DNA of 47,323 nt from positions 1 to 47,323 of IMG/VR virus record IMGVR_UViG_3300032272_000024, one strand, 5' to 3'. The position numbers were made by a program, and so were the translations under genes. The notes below the pieces were generated by a model, which ran no database searches, was not told where the DNA came from, and saw only the letters and a list, made by a program, of their open reading frames with translations. This stretch comes from a virus. Its lineage: Duplodnaviria > Caudoviricetes. How positions within the stretch are numbered: the stretch's first letter is position 1; every line of letters starts with the position of its first letter. This document shows positions 19,409 through 26,888 of this stretch, in pieces.

Positions 19409-19611
19409 TGGCAAAACTTTTACGAGATGACTTAGATCAATTCTGGATTTGGGCGGAGGTTAACGGCTTGACTAGAGAAGATGTTTATCGTGAATTAGGC
19501 GTTACGAGGGCTAAGGACTTTACGGGGACAACGAAGGATGCAATACAGTTATTGAAGCCCACAGTTAATCGAATTCAAATATTAAAAGAACATAACAGAG
19601 GATATCAATAA
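19408..19611 (+). CDS. Hypothetical protein
   Basis: TAATG coupling on both sides. Confidence 0.6.
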   Translation: MAKLLRDDLDQFWIWAEVNGLTREDVYRELGVTRAKDFTGTTKDAIQLLKPTVNRIQILKEHNRGYQ

Positions 19612-20000
19612 TGGCAGGTTGGGAGCAAACAGTAATATTGGGGTTTGTAGGCAGATCGCCGGAGCTACGCTACACACAGTCAGGCGTAGCGGTGTGTAGT
19701 TTCAGTGTTGCGGTAACATCGTCATGGACTAAAGATGGCGAAAAGCAATCCAAGACCAATTGGTATTCCGTTAGCTGTTGGCGACAATTAGCGGAGGTTT
19801 GCAATCAATACGTCCACAAAGGTATGCAGGTCATGGTGGTTGGTACTGTGGAAGCACGGGGCTATACCAATAATAACGGTGAACCTAGCGCGTCACTAGA
19901 GCTGACAGCGCGTGATATTCAATTCTTAGGCAATCGTGCCGATAGTGGCGACAATCAAGGCGATGAACCGCCACAGAATAAAAACTCAATACCATTTTAG
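19611..20000 (+). CDS. ssb: Single-stranded DNA-binding protein
   Basis: ILGFVGRSPELRYTQSGVAVCSFSVA OB-fold; ends in IPF. Confidence 0.95.
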   Translation: MAGWEQTVILGFVGRSPELRYTQSGVAVCSFSVAVTSSWTKDGEKQSKTNWYSVSCWRQLAEVCNQYVHKGMQVMVVGTVEARGYTNNNGEPSASLELTARDIQFLGNRADSGDNQGDEPPQNKNSIPF

Positions 20001-20011
20001 ACATTAACGAG

Positions 20012-20254
20012 GTGTATGATATGAGTAAGCACAGTGATATTGTGAAAAATATTGATAAGATGGGCATTGAGCAAATCAAGGCGGATTTAGCGTTACATCG
20101 TGAGTTCTTTGACTTTCTGAGAGCAAATGACTATCTTCATGAGTTGCAAGACTTGGCGTGGCAACGTACTAAAGACGCTGAAAGTGCTAAGGATTATTAC
20201 GCTGAATTGTCAGCAATGATAAGCGTATTAGACGAAAGCAACAAACAACCATGA
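20012..20254 (+). CDS. Hypothetical protein
   Basis: ORF with GAGGTG RBS (true start may be 20021). Confidence 0.55.
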   Translation: MYDMSKHSDIVKNIDKMGIEQIKADLALHREFFDFLRANDYLHELQDLAWQRTKDAESAKDYYAELSAMISVLDESNKQP

Positions 20255-20496
20255 ATAGAACAAACCTAACGGGGTTAGTATTTCCAGCACCCACAGACCC
20301 GCCGTCGCCTGATTACTCATTTGATTATGTGTGCGCCGTTGATGGCTATGGCGATGGGTGTATGACTAAGTGGCAAGCTAGACCGATATTCGAGTCGGAT
20401 GTAACCTGGGAATATGGCAATGATGAAGGGTCGCATTATATCGAATGCCCTAACTGCGGTAAAATGTATCTTGAGTGTCAACACTTTAACCTGTAA
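20251..20496 (+). CDS. Zinc-ribbon hypothetical protein
   Basis: IECPNCGK; ATGA coupling. Confidence 0.5.
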   Translation: MNRTNLTGLVFPAPTDPPSPDYSFDYVCAVDGYGDGCMTKWQARPIFESDVTWEYGNDEGSHYIECPNCGKMYLECQHFNL

Positions 20497-20549
20497 CGAC
20501 TATCTAACGCAAGCATAGCCACTATCACAGGTGGCTATTATCAATTGAG

Positions 20550-21080
20550 GTGATTATGACGGCAACAACAAGCATCACAGTAATAAGCGACTTTACTCAA
20601 GCGTGTACCATCGGTCAACAGTTGGCTAAAGATGAGGACGACCTGCGCTGGCGGTTAGCTGAGTTATGCGCAGTGGTGGTTCGTGGCAAAGAATATGGTA
20701 GTAGCCGTGTGGAAAAGTTCGCTAAAGCCATTGACCGCAGTAAATCATTTGTTTACGATTACGCCAACCTAGCCACGTTTTACGATTCGCCTGAAGCGCA
20801 AGAAACGTTATCGTTCCCCTTTGCCACGTTCCAAAAGGCGCGATTAATCATGAGGTACACATCTGACAAGCCACTAGGTCTATACTGGCTAGATCGTACT
20901 GTCGGCAACGCTTATACATATGAGCAACTAGGCACAGAATTAGAGCAAGAATTTAAAGGCAAGTTACCGCCCAATGAGCCGATTGTTAGCGGTGTTTACA
21001 TGCGCTCACAGTTACGCGACTTGATTAACAAGCTACCAGCAGGACGGCAATATAAAGTTAGAATTGAGGGGGTGGAATGA
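20550..21080 (+). CDS. Putative HTH DNA-binding protein
   Basis: WRLAEL...EKFAKAIDRSKSFVYDY helix-turn-helix pattern. Confidence 0.5.
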   Translation: MIMTATTSITVISDFTQACTIGQQLAKDEDDLRWRLAELCAVVVRGKEYGSSRVEKFAKAIDRSKSFVYDYANLATFYDSPEAQETLSFPFATFQKARLIMRYTSDKPLGLYWLDRTVGNAYTYEQLGTELEQEFKGKLPPNEPIVSGVYMRSQLRDLINKLPAGRQYKVRIEGVE

Positions 21081-21489
21081 TGCGCTGTATTATTTGTGGC
21101 AGTGATTGCACAGTGAATAGTAAAGGCAAGTGTATTGTGTGCGAACAGACAATAAAAGGTGATGAGCCAGTAAACATCGACTATGCACAATTGAACGCAT
21201 GGCGACGGCGCGTAGAACGTGAAAACACTACCAGCATCAACCCACCGACACAGCCACATTACGGCGTATCGCTGACATCGAGGCTAAACTCACGGTTGCG
21301 CTGAATGACCAACTAGAGGCGGAAGCCAACGCCAGTAAGTTGAAATCAGAGAATACGCGCTTACGTGCGCTATTGGCGCGTGTCGCTGATGAGACGTATG
21401 TGATTGAATCGTGTCTTACTGAAGATTGCATTGTTATCCCAAATGGTTTGTGGATGACAATTAAGAGTGAAGTAACCATTGATAAATAA
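21077..21489 (+). pseudogene. Gene apparently split by a -1 frameshift near 21240
   Basis: 21077 ORF stops at 21304, but a start-less -1 frame (21223-21489) encodes a protein-like coiled coil. Confidence 0.4.
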
Positions 21490-21530
21490 TCCAACCTATT
21501 ACAGATATAAGCAGGTTGAAAGGATAACGA

Positions 21531-21737
21531 GTGATGAAATGTGGGTGCTGTAGAAGTCTAAGCCGTAAGCCAAGCAATCGGCTATCGTTCAGCGAACTCA
21601 TGGCATTGCCACTCGCAGATAGGCGACGTGTAATTGCTGAGGCACAACGCGAATCAAATGCCTACATTGCAGAGAACGATATTGATCCCGCAGACGAATT
21701 GAACGAAGATTATTATGAGGATAACGCCAGTGAGTGA
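21531..21737 (+). CDS. Hypothetical protein
   Basis: Junction motif/RBS at start; ELMALPLADRRRVI motif. Confidence 0.5.
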   Translation: MMKCGCCRSLSRKPSNRLSFSELMALPLADRRRVIAEAQRESNAYIAENDIDPADELNEDYYEDNASE

Positions 21738-22008
21738 TTACGAAATCGTTTATAACATATTCCGCAATTGGCTAAATAACCAAGCCTCAAATAGCGATGT
21801 CGACTACCTGCTGTTTCACTGGCATAGTAGATTTGCGCCAGAGACTCCACGAGTCGCTTTCGATGCGATGGGTGACGCGGTGATTGGGGAGTACCCGTTC
21901 AATCGGTGGGAGTTCGCAAAAGCCGTAAATGACGTGATGACAGATAAACATGGTGAGCCGAGATTTTTCGGTAAACACACTTATGATAATGACAAGGATA
22001 ACAAATGA
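21715..22008 (+). CDS. Hypothetical protein; 3' end duplicated at 23506-23588
   Basis: ORF (true start may be GTG 21730). Confidence 0.55.
   Translation: MRITPVSDYEIVYNIFRNWLNNQASNSDVDYLLFHWHSRFAPETPRVAFDAMGDAVIGEYPFNRWEFAKAVNDVMTDKHGEPRFFGKHTYDNDKDNK
21917..21999 (+). repeat. Repeat A copy 1 (83 bp; copy 2 at 23506-23588)
   Basis: 5 mismatches by manual alignment. Confidence 0.9.
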
Positions 22009-22205
22009 TGAGTTCCGATAACTGGATGCAAAAAGAAATTGCGAAGCGTGATGAAAACGGCGACGGTTTCGGCTATATTCGCCTGCAAATTGATGGTATT
22101 GATTCCGTGCTGGCAAGGTGTGGTGACGATGAGACGGAATTCATTGCACAACTAACTAAATCACAAGATGAATTGCTGGCACTATTGCCTATCGAACCCG
22201 ACTAA
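22005..22205 (+). CDS. Hypothetical protein
   Basis: Coupled ORF. Confidence 0.5.
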   Translation: MMSSDNWMQKEIAKRDENGDGFGYIRLQIDGIDSVLARCGDDETEFIAQLTKSQDELLALLPIEPD

Positions 22206-22213
22206 CTTTGCAC

Positions 22214-22257
22214 GAATAATGAAAGGGTAACAAGTGATGAGTGACACACTGTTTGAT
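22214..22257 (+). repeat. Repeat B copy 1 (44 bp identical; copy 2 at 23843-23886)
   Basis: Covers RBS and first codons MMSDTLFD. Confidence 0.9.
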
Positions 22258-22506
22258 CTCGATGCAATTCCCATAGCACCACCAAAAGCAACAAACACGA
22301 CGCGCTATATTTTGTATTACGAATATGACGGGACAACATACCTATATAGAGGTGACCTTTTGTTTATCAAGGCAAGCGACATGGGACACAAACAACCAAA
22401 GAAATACAAAACCTATGGTTGGGCTACTAAACGCGCTCACGAGTTAAACAACGCACGTACTGAGCTAGGCAAGGGGAACATAATAGTGAAGGTTAAAGCG
22501 TGGTAA
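22234..22506 (+). CDS. Hypothetical protein
   Basis: Starts within repeat B. Confidence 0.55.
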   Translation: MMSDTLFDLDAIPIAPPKATNTTRYILYYEYDGTTYLYRGDLLFIKASDMGHKQPKKYKTYGWATKRAHELNNARTELGKGNIIVKVKAW

Positions 22507-22654
22507 TTGCACGAATCGTAACAACGCGCTATACTATGTGTGTGCTGTAAATAAAAAATCCCCTGACGCAAATCAGGGGTTCAGCACAAAACAGTCAACG
22601 TGTCATTGAAGGATTGTTAACAAGAATTATACCAACGTCCGGCGAATGGCGCAA
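22507..22654. promoter_or_regulatory. Sense promoter / antisense RNA cassette 1
   Basis: + TTGCAC-17-TATACT; A-tract plus CCCCTGA/TCAGGGG hairpin (a minus-strand terminator); - TTGCGC-17-TATAAT (22654-22626). Confidence 0.7.
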
Positions 22655-22683
22655 CCTATTACATAATGAAAGAGGATTAGATT

Positions 22684-22926
22684 ATGGATTTTAGCAAGTG
22701 GCTAAACGATCAAATCGAAATGGCAGAGCAATATAGATCATTGTCTGTTATGAACCACAACTCAGCTATGGCTATGGCAAGCGCAGAATTCATGCACAAG
22801 TTAGGCATAGCTAAGGAAATTTACGCCACATTCCAAGCCTACGAAGACGCTAATACCGTTGTGTTAAAGAGTGTGGACGGCGTGGCGATGTCGATTGACA
22901 GCAAGGCAAAAGAGGGCAACGAATAA
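22684..22926 (+). CDS. Hypothetical protein
   Basis: GAGGA RBS after cassette 1. Confidence 0.6.
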   Translation: MDFSKWLNDQIEMAEQYRSLSVMNHNSAMAMASAEFMHKLGIAKEIYATFQAYEDANTVVLKSVDGVAMSIDSKAKEGNE

Positions 22927-22984
22927 TGAGTGACAATAAATACATACCCCGCACATTCCAAACTCCCAACGCGCATGTTGATGA
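22920..22984 (+). repeat. Repeat C copy 1 (65 bp identical; copy 2 at 24457-24521)
   Basis: Encodes MSDNKYIPRTFQTPNAHVDE in both copies. Confidence 0.95.
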
Positions 22985-23135
22985 GATTGCTTTATTTAAG
23001 ATGTGGTTAGAAGATGAGCGTATGACCTTAGCGTATGACCAAAAGACATTGACTAGGGTCGAGGAACAGTTTGATCGTTATATAGCTCCATTAATCATCC
23101 CTTATGCACCAAAAACAGATGAGGTTGGCGAATAA
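22926..23135 (+). CDS. 69-aa protein sharing its first 20 aa with the replication initiator
   Basis: Repeat C; TAATG coupling on both sides. Confidence 0.6.
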   Translation: MSDNKYIPRTFQTPNAHVDEIALFKMWLEDERMTLAYDQKTLTRVEEQFDRYIAPLIIPYAPKTDEVGE

Positions 23136-23467
23136 TGGATAAAACACAAGTATCCGCCGATTACATACAACCTAGCCATTTTACAATGATTCCCTTCATG
23201 GCAATGGATGACTTAGACCCGTATGAACTGGCGTTATATATGCGGTATGTCCGCATTGCATTTAAATATAATAAATCCACCGTTGGCAATAAACATCTTG
23301 CAGAGTGGACAAAAATGTCTGTGTCGAAAGTTAAAACAACCCGCGCGTCATTGGCAGAAAAGGGTTACATTTTGGTCACTGAACGGACATTAACAGGGCA
23401 AACAACGCTAGTAACTCTCAAGAATAAATGGGGGGAAAACTACGTGCGTTACAGCGAGGGGGGGTAG
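23135..23467 (+). CDS. Winged-HTH replication-initiator-like N-terminal domain, ending at a G7 tract
   Basis: HFTMIP...LDPYELALYM...LAEWTKMSVSKVKTTRASLAEKGYI; +1 frame continues to 23597. Confidence 0.65.
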   Translation: MDKTQVSADYIQPSHFTMIPFMAMDDLDPYELALYMRYVRIAFKYNKSTVGNKHLAEWTKMSVSKVKTTRASLAEKGYILVTERTLTGQTTLVTLKNKWGENYVRYSEGG

Positions 23468-23505
23468 CCACAAGATAACCACTAAGAAGAATATAAAGAA
23501 TAAGA

Positions 23506-23588
23506 CAAAAGCCGTAAATGATGTGATGACAGATAAACACGGTGAGCCGAGGTTTTTCGGTAAACACGCTTATGACAATGACAAGGAT
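23506..23588 (+). repeat. Repeat A copy 2
   Basis: Matches 21917-21999. Confidence 0.9.
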
Positions 23589-23596
23589 GATGAATA

Positions 23597-23848
23597 ATGA
23601 GTAAACAAAATAACCCTTATTTAAAGATGGATCACTCAACACGACGCAAGCGTTTACCTGCATTTATTGCGGGCATGAGGCGCGGGATTATAAATGGTGA
23701 TAGAACTGGGCATTATGGCGGGATAAACCGCGATGAACGTCTTCAATGGATCGAATGGGCGGAAATCGCATTAGATGATACTACGATGCCAATGGAAGAC
23801 GTGGCAATAGACGAAACGCCATTAGTATTTGATGACTTGCATGAATAA
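23597..23848 (+). CDS. Hypothetical protein
   Basis: AAGGA RBS. Confidence 0.55.
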   Translation: MSKQNNPYLKMDHSTRRKRLPAFIAGMRRGIINGDRTGHYGGINRDERLQWIEWAEIALDDTTMPMEDVAIDETPLVFDDLHE

Positions 23849-23886
23849 TGAAAGGGTAACAAGTGATGAGTGACACACTGTTTGAT
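23843..23886 (+). repeat. Repeat B copy 2
   Basis: Identical to 22214-22257. Confidence 0.9.
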
Positions 23887-24099
23887 AACAGCCCACCATT
23901 CCAGCCTCCACGCAATCACCATGACATGGAATCGTTAACGCAATACCATCATATTATGAACTTGTATGAAGACTTAAACAAGTGGCAGGTATTGACTATA
24001 AAAGTATGGCATCACGCAAAAGAAGGCGACATAATTATGCCTGATGAGTTGTGGAACGAGATTGATAAGGCGATTGAAACACGGTATGACTGCGACTGA
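23863..24099 (+). CDS. Hypothetical protein
   Basis: Starts within repeat B copy 2. Confidence 0.55.
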   Translation: MMSDTLFDNSPPFQPPRNHHDMESLTQYHHIMNLYEDLNKWQVLTIKVWHHAKEGDIIMPDELWNEIDKAIETRYDCD

Positions 24100-24101
24100 C
24101 T

Positions 24102-24251
24102 TTGCACATTCCACCATTACGATATATACTATGTGTGTGTTGTGAAGCAAATAAAAAAACCCGTGATTAGTCGTCACGGGGCTTCGTAGACACAAACTTT
24201 TCAAGGGGCTGTGCTTAACAGCAATTATAGCACAGCCTCTAAATTACGCAA
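24102..24251. promoter_or_regulatory. Sense promoter / antisense RNA cassette 2
   Basis: + TTGCAC-17-TATACT; A-tract plus CCCGTGA/TCACGGG hairpin; - TTGCGT-16-TATAAT with extended TG (24251-24224). Confidence 0.7.
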
Positions 24252-24268
24252 CTATGAGAGGATTAGAG

Positions 24269-24463
24269 ATGGATAACATTTACAAAGATTTATATAAGGC
24301 ATTGGTTGAATTGGAAATGATTGATGTGATTGTTGATGCCGCTTGGGTTCGTGTTACGCACACCGAAACCGAGGAAGAAGAAACGCAGGCACGAGTAGAC
24401 AGAATCAATCTGTTAAACTTGCTCACAAAAACAGAGTTTGCGATTAAAGAGGACAGCGAATAA
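24269..24463 (+). CDS. Hypothetical protein
   Basis: ATG 24269 with GAGGA RBS, same context as 22684. Confidence 0.6.
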   Translation: MDNIYKDLYKALVELEMIDVIVDAAWVRVTHTETEEEETQARVDRINLLNLLTKTEFAIKEDSE

Positions 24464-24521
24464 TGAGTGACAATAAATACATACCCCGCACATTCCAAAC
24501 TCCCAACGCGCATGTTGATGA
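24457..24521 (+). repeat. Repeat C copy 2
   Basis: Identical to 22920-22984. Confidence 0.95.
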
Positions 24522-25476
24522 ATTAATGCACCTGCTGTCAGGTAACGAGTTTAAGTTATTGATTTTCGCTACACGCCACATATTAGGCTGGCAAGATAAA
24601 ATTTCATCACGTAAAGCGAATATCAGTCTTTCGATGTTTGAAAAAGGGTTTACGACTAAAGACGGCACACATTATAACGGTTGTGGTCTGGCGAAAGGCA
24701 CGATCATAAGCAACCTTGCACCACTGGCGAAGTTTAATATTCTGATACCCGTTGGCAAAGCAACCAATGCAGGTCAGAAATACGAACTTACCACTAACCC
24801 TGACATTAACGGTCTTACAGAACGCCATAACGAATCGAAAACATCCAAACAAAAACAGACTGCTAAGGCGCGTAAAATTAACAAGAATAACACAGGGGGT
24901 CAGTTGAACAGTACTAGTACAGTTGAACAGACCACTGGTAGTACAGTTGAACAGACCGGAGGGGGTCAGTTGAACAGTACAGAATCAAACCCACTATCAA
25001 ACACAAAGAAACAAAAGTTGCAATCAGAAGATTGCGGCACGATTCCTTTTGACTCTAAACCGAGTCAAAAACAGATGTTTGGGCATATACTGATATTGTT
25101 TAATTATGATGTTGGGAAGTTAACAAAAACGCTTAAATCTACAATTGGCAAGGTAGCAAAGGAATTACGAGAAGCTGATTATTTACTTGAGGATGTGACG
25201 GGTATTTATAATCATGTGGATAGTAAAGATTTTTCAGGTGGGTTTACACCATCAGCATTATTGAAGTATGCAAGTGAATGGCACTCGCAACAGCCCGCGC
25301 AACTAGAACCCAAGCCCGCCCCGCGCCCGCCGTTGGCACTCCCACCGAGAAGTATAATTGAGAAGTGGGTAGGCAAGGGCAAGACGCGCCGTGATATGGT
25401 TAACTTAATGGTGGTAGGTGGCATATCCGAAACCAAATCGAATGAGTACCTAGACGAATGTGGAGTAACAGCATGA
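24463..25476 (+). CDS. Replication initiator (lambda O-like N-terminal domain)
   Basis: FQTPN...LSGNEFKLLIFATRHILGWQ...ISLSMF; internal iterons; followed by DnaB. Confidence 0.8.
   Translation: MSDNKYIPRTFQTPNAHVDELMHLLSGNEFKLLIFATRHILGWQDKISSRKANISLSMFEKGFTTKDGTHYNGCGLAKGTIISNLAPLAKFNILIPVGKATNAGQKYELTTNPDINGLTERHNESKTSKQKQTAKARKINKNNTGGQLNSTSTVEQTTGSTVEQTGGGQLNSTESNPLSNTKKQKLQSEDCGTIPFDSKPSQKQMFGHILILFNYDVGKLTKTLKSTIGKVAKELREADYLLEDVTGIYNHVDSKDFSGGFTPSALLKYASEWHSQQPAQLEPKPAPRPPLALPPRSIIEKWVGKGKTRRDMVNLMVVGGISETKSNEYLDECGVTA
24896..24980 (+). repeat. Origin iterons: 4 x CAGTTGAACAG inside the initiator gene
   Basis: Copies at 24901, 24920, 24944, 24967; A-rich flanks. Confidence 0.8.
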
Positions 25477-26888
25477 GCGCAACCCCCCAACCTGATAACG
25501 CAACGAATATAATTACAATGCCCGGTGTGCAGACCGTCGCTAGTGAGTGGCACGAATACGCGATATGCGGTGCGGTGCTTCACAATCAGTCGCAATTCCT
25601 GACGTGTGCCGACATTGTAGAGCCTAGCGACTTTACAGTCCCATTTTGCGCCGAGTTCTGGCGTGTGGCGGTGTGCATGGTGTTAGATGGTCAAGTTTTG
25701 GATCGTGGAATGATTGCAACCAATCTAATGCAACCGTTAAGCATGTCTCATCAGGACGTGTTAGAACGGATTACAAAGTTGTTAGCAATGCCGGGGAAGA
25801 CTGACAACGGTGAACAGTATGCCAAAATCATCTCTGAACGCGCCCAACGCTTGCGGATGGTTCAGGCAGTACGTCAAAATGAAAAACGCATACTAGATTT
25901 AACCACACCATTAGAGCAGGTGATTGATGTATCAAATGACGCATGGTTTAAAGCCACATTGACCGCCAATGAAAAACCCGCCGATATTGGTTCAAGTATT
26001 GAGCGCACGATTGACACCCTAAAAAAGCAAGCCAAATTGACAAATAACACAGTCCCAACGGGCTTTGATAACTTCGATGAGTGGTCAGGTGGAATAAAGC
26101 GCGGTGAGGTTGGTCTGGTTGTTGGCAATAACGGAACTGGCAAAACACAATGGCTATTAACCGTTATTCGCGCTGTAGGCATGTTTTTAGGCGATTTGAG
26201 TACCAAACAGGCGCAAACACCCATGATAGCGTTTTTTAGCTTGGAAATGAGCGAAGACCAGATTAACCGTAATTTCATCCAAATGGAGTCAAATGTCTAT
26301 CGGAGCAAGACCCATAACCCCGAAAAATTAGATACGCAAGATTGGGACGCGCTAGCCACCGCGCAAGCGTCAATCAGTAAATGGAATGTGCTTATGTTTG
26401 ATAGCCCGAAATACAACACAGTAGAAGCAATAAAGCGTAAGGTCCGGGAGTTGCAACAAAAGCATGATGTTGTGTCGGTTGTGATTGATGGTCTGTGGAA
26501 GCTAAAAAACCCGCACATTGTAGGCACGAAAAACGATACAGGGAACGTACAGCACTATCCACACACCGCGCCCGCAGTGGTCGAAATGGCACGATCATTA
26601 AATGTGGGCGTACTCATGGCGCATCAATACAATAAGGATGGTAAGAAGCATATCCTCAAAAATACGCCGGAACTATGGTGCTTAGACGGCGCGGGTTTCG
26701 TGACCAACGATGTTCAGATGGTACTCGCAATTAAAAAAGGGGTATCCGCTAGCAGAGACTTCTATCCGATTAAAGCGCGTGGGTTGACGGCGCGTGATGA
26801 GCCGTTCGGGATGGATTACGATAGCAAAAGCGCGTTGTATTTTGAATATATCGACATTGATAAGGATACCAACGATGTCCCATTCTAA
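25473..26888 (+). CDS. dnaB: DnaB-like replicative helicase
   Basis: VPTGF..FD, Walker A GNNGTGKT, FFSLEMS, VVIDGL; ATGA coupling. Confidence 0.9.
   Translation: MSATPQPDNATNIITMPGVQTVASEWHEYAICGAVLHNQSQFLTCADIVEPSDFTVPFCAEFWRVAVCMVLDGQVLDRGMIATNLMQPLSMSHQDVLERITKLLAMPGKTDNGEQYAKIISERAQRLRMVQAVRQNEKRILDLTTPLEQVIDVSNDAWFKATLTANEKPADIGSSIERTIDTLKKQAKLTNNTVPTGFDNFDEWSGGIKRGEVGLVVGNNGTGKTQWLLTVIRAVGMFLGDLSTKQAQTPMIAFFSLEMSEDQINRNFIQMESNVYRSKTHNPEKLDTQDWDALATAQASISKWNVLMFDSPKYNTVEAIKRKVRELQQKHDVVSVVIDGLWKLKNPHIVGTKNDTGNVQHYPHTAPAVVEMARSLNVGVLMAHQYNKDGKKHILKNTPELWCLDGAGFVTNDVQMVLAIKKGVSASRDFYPIKARGLTARDEPFGMDYDSKSALYFEYIDIDKDTNDVPF

Noticed and set aside
21917-23588. DGR template/variable repeat pair
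   Set aside because: No reverse transcriptase; differences are mostly synonymous transitions including C/T, not adenine-specific
24896-24980. Mini CRISPR array
   Set aside because: 11-bp repeats with 8-13 bp gaps inside the initiator ORF fit iterons; no cas genes
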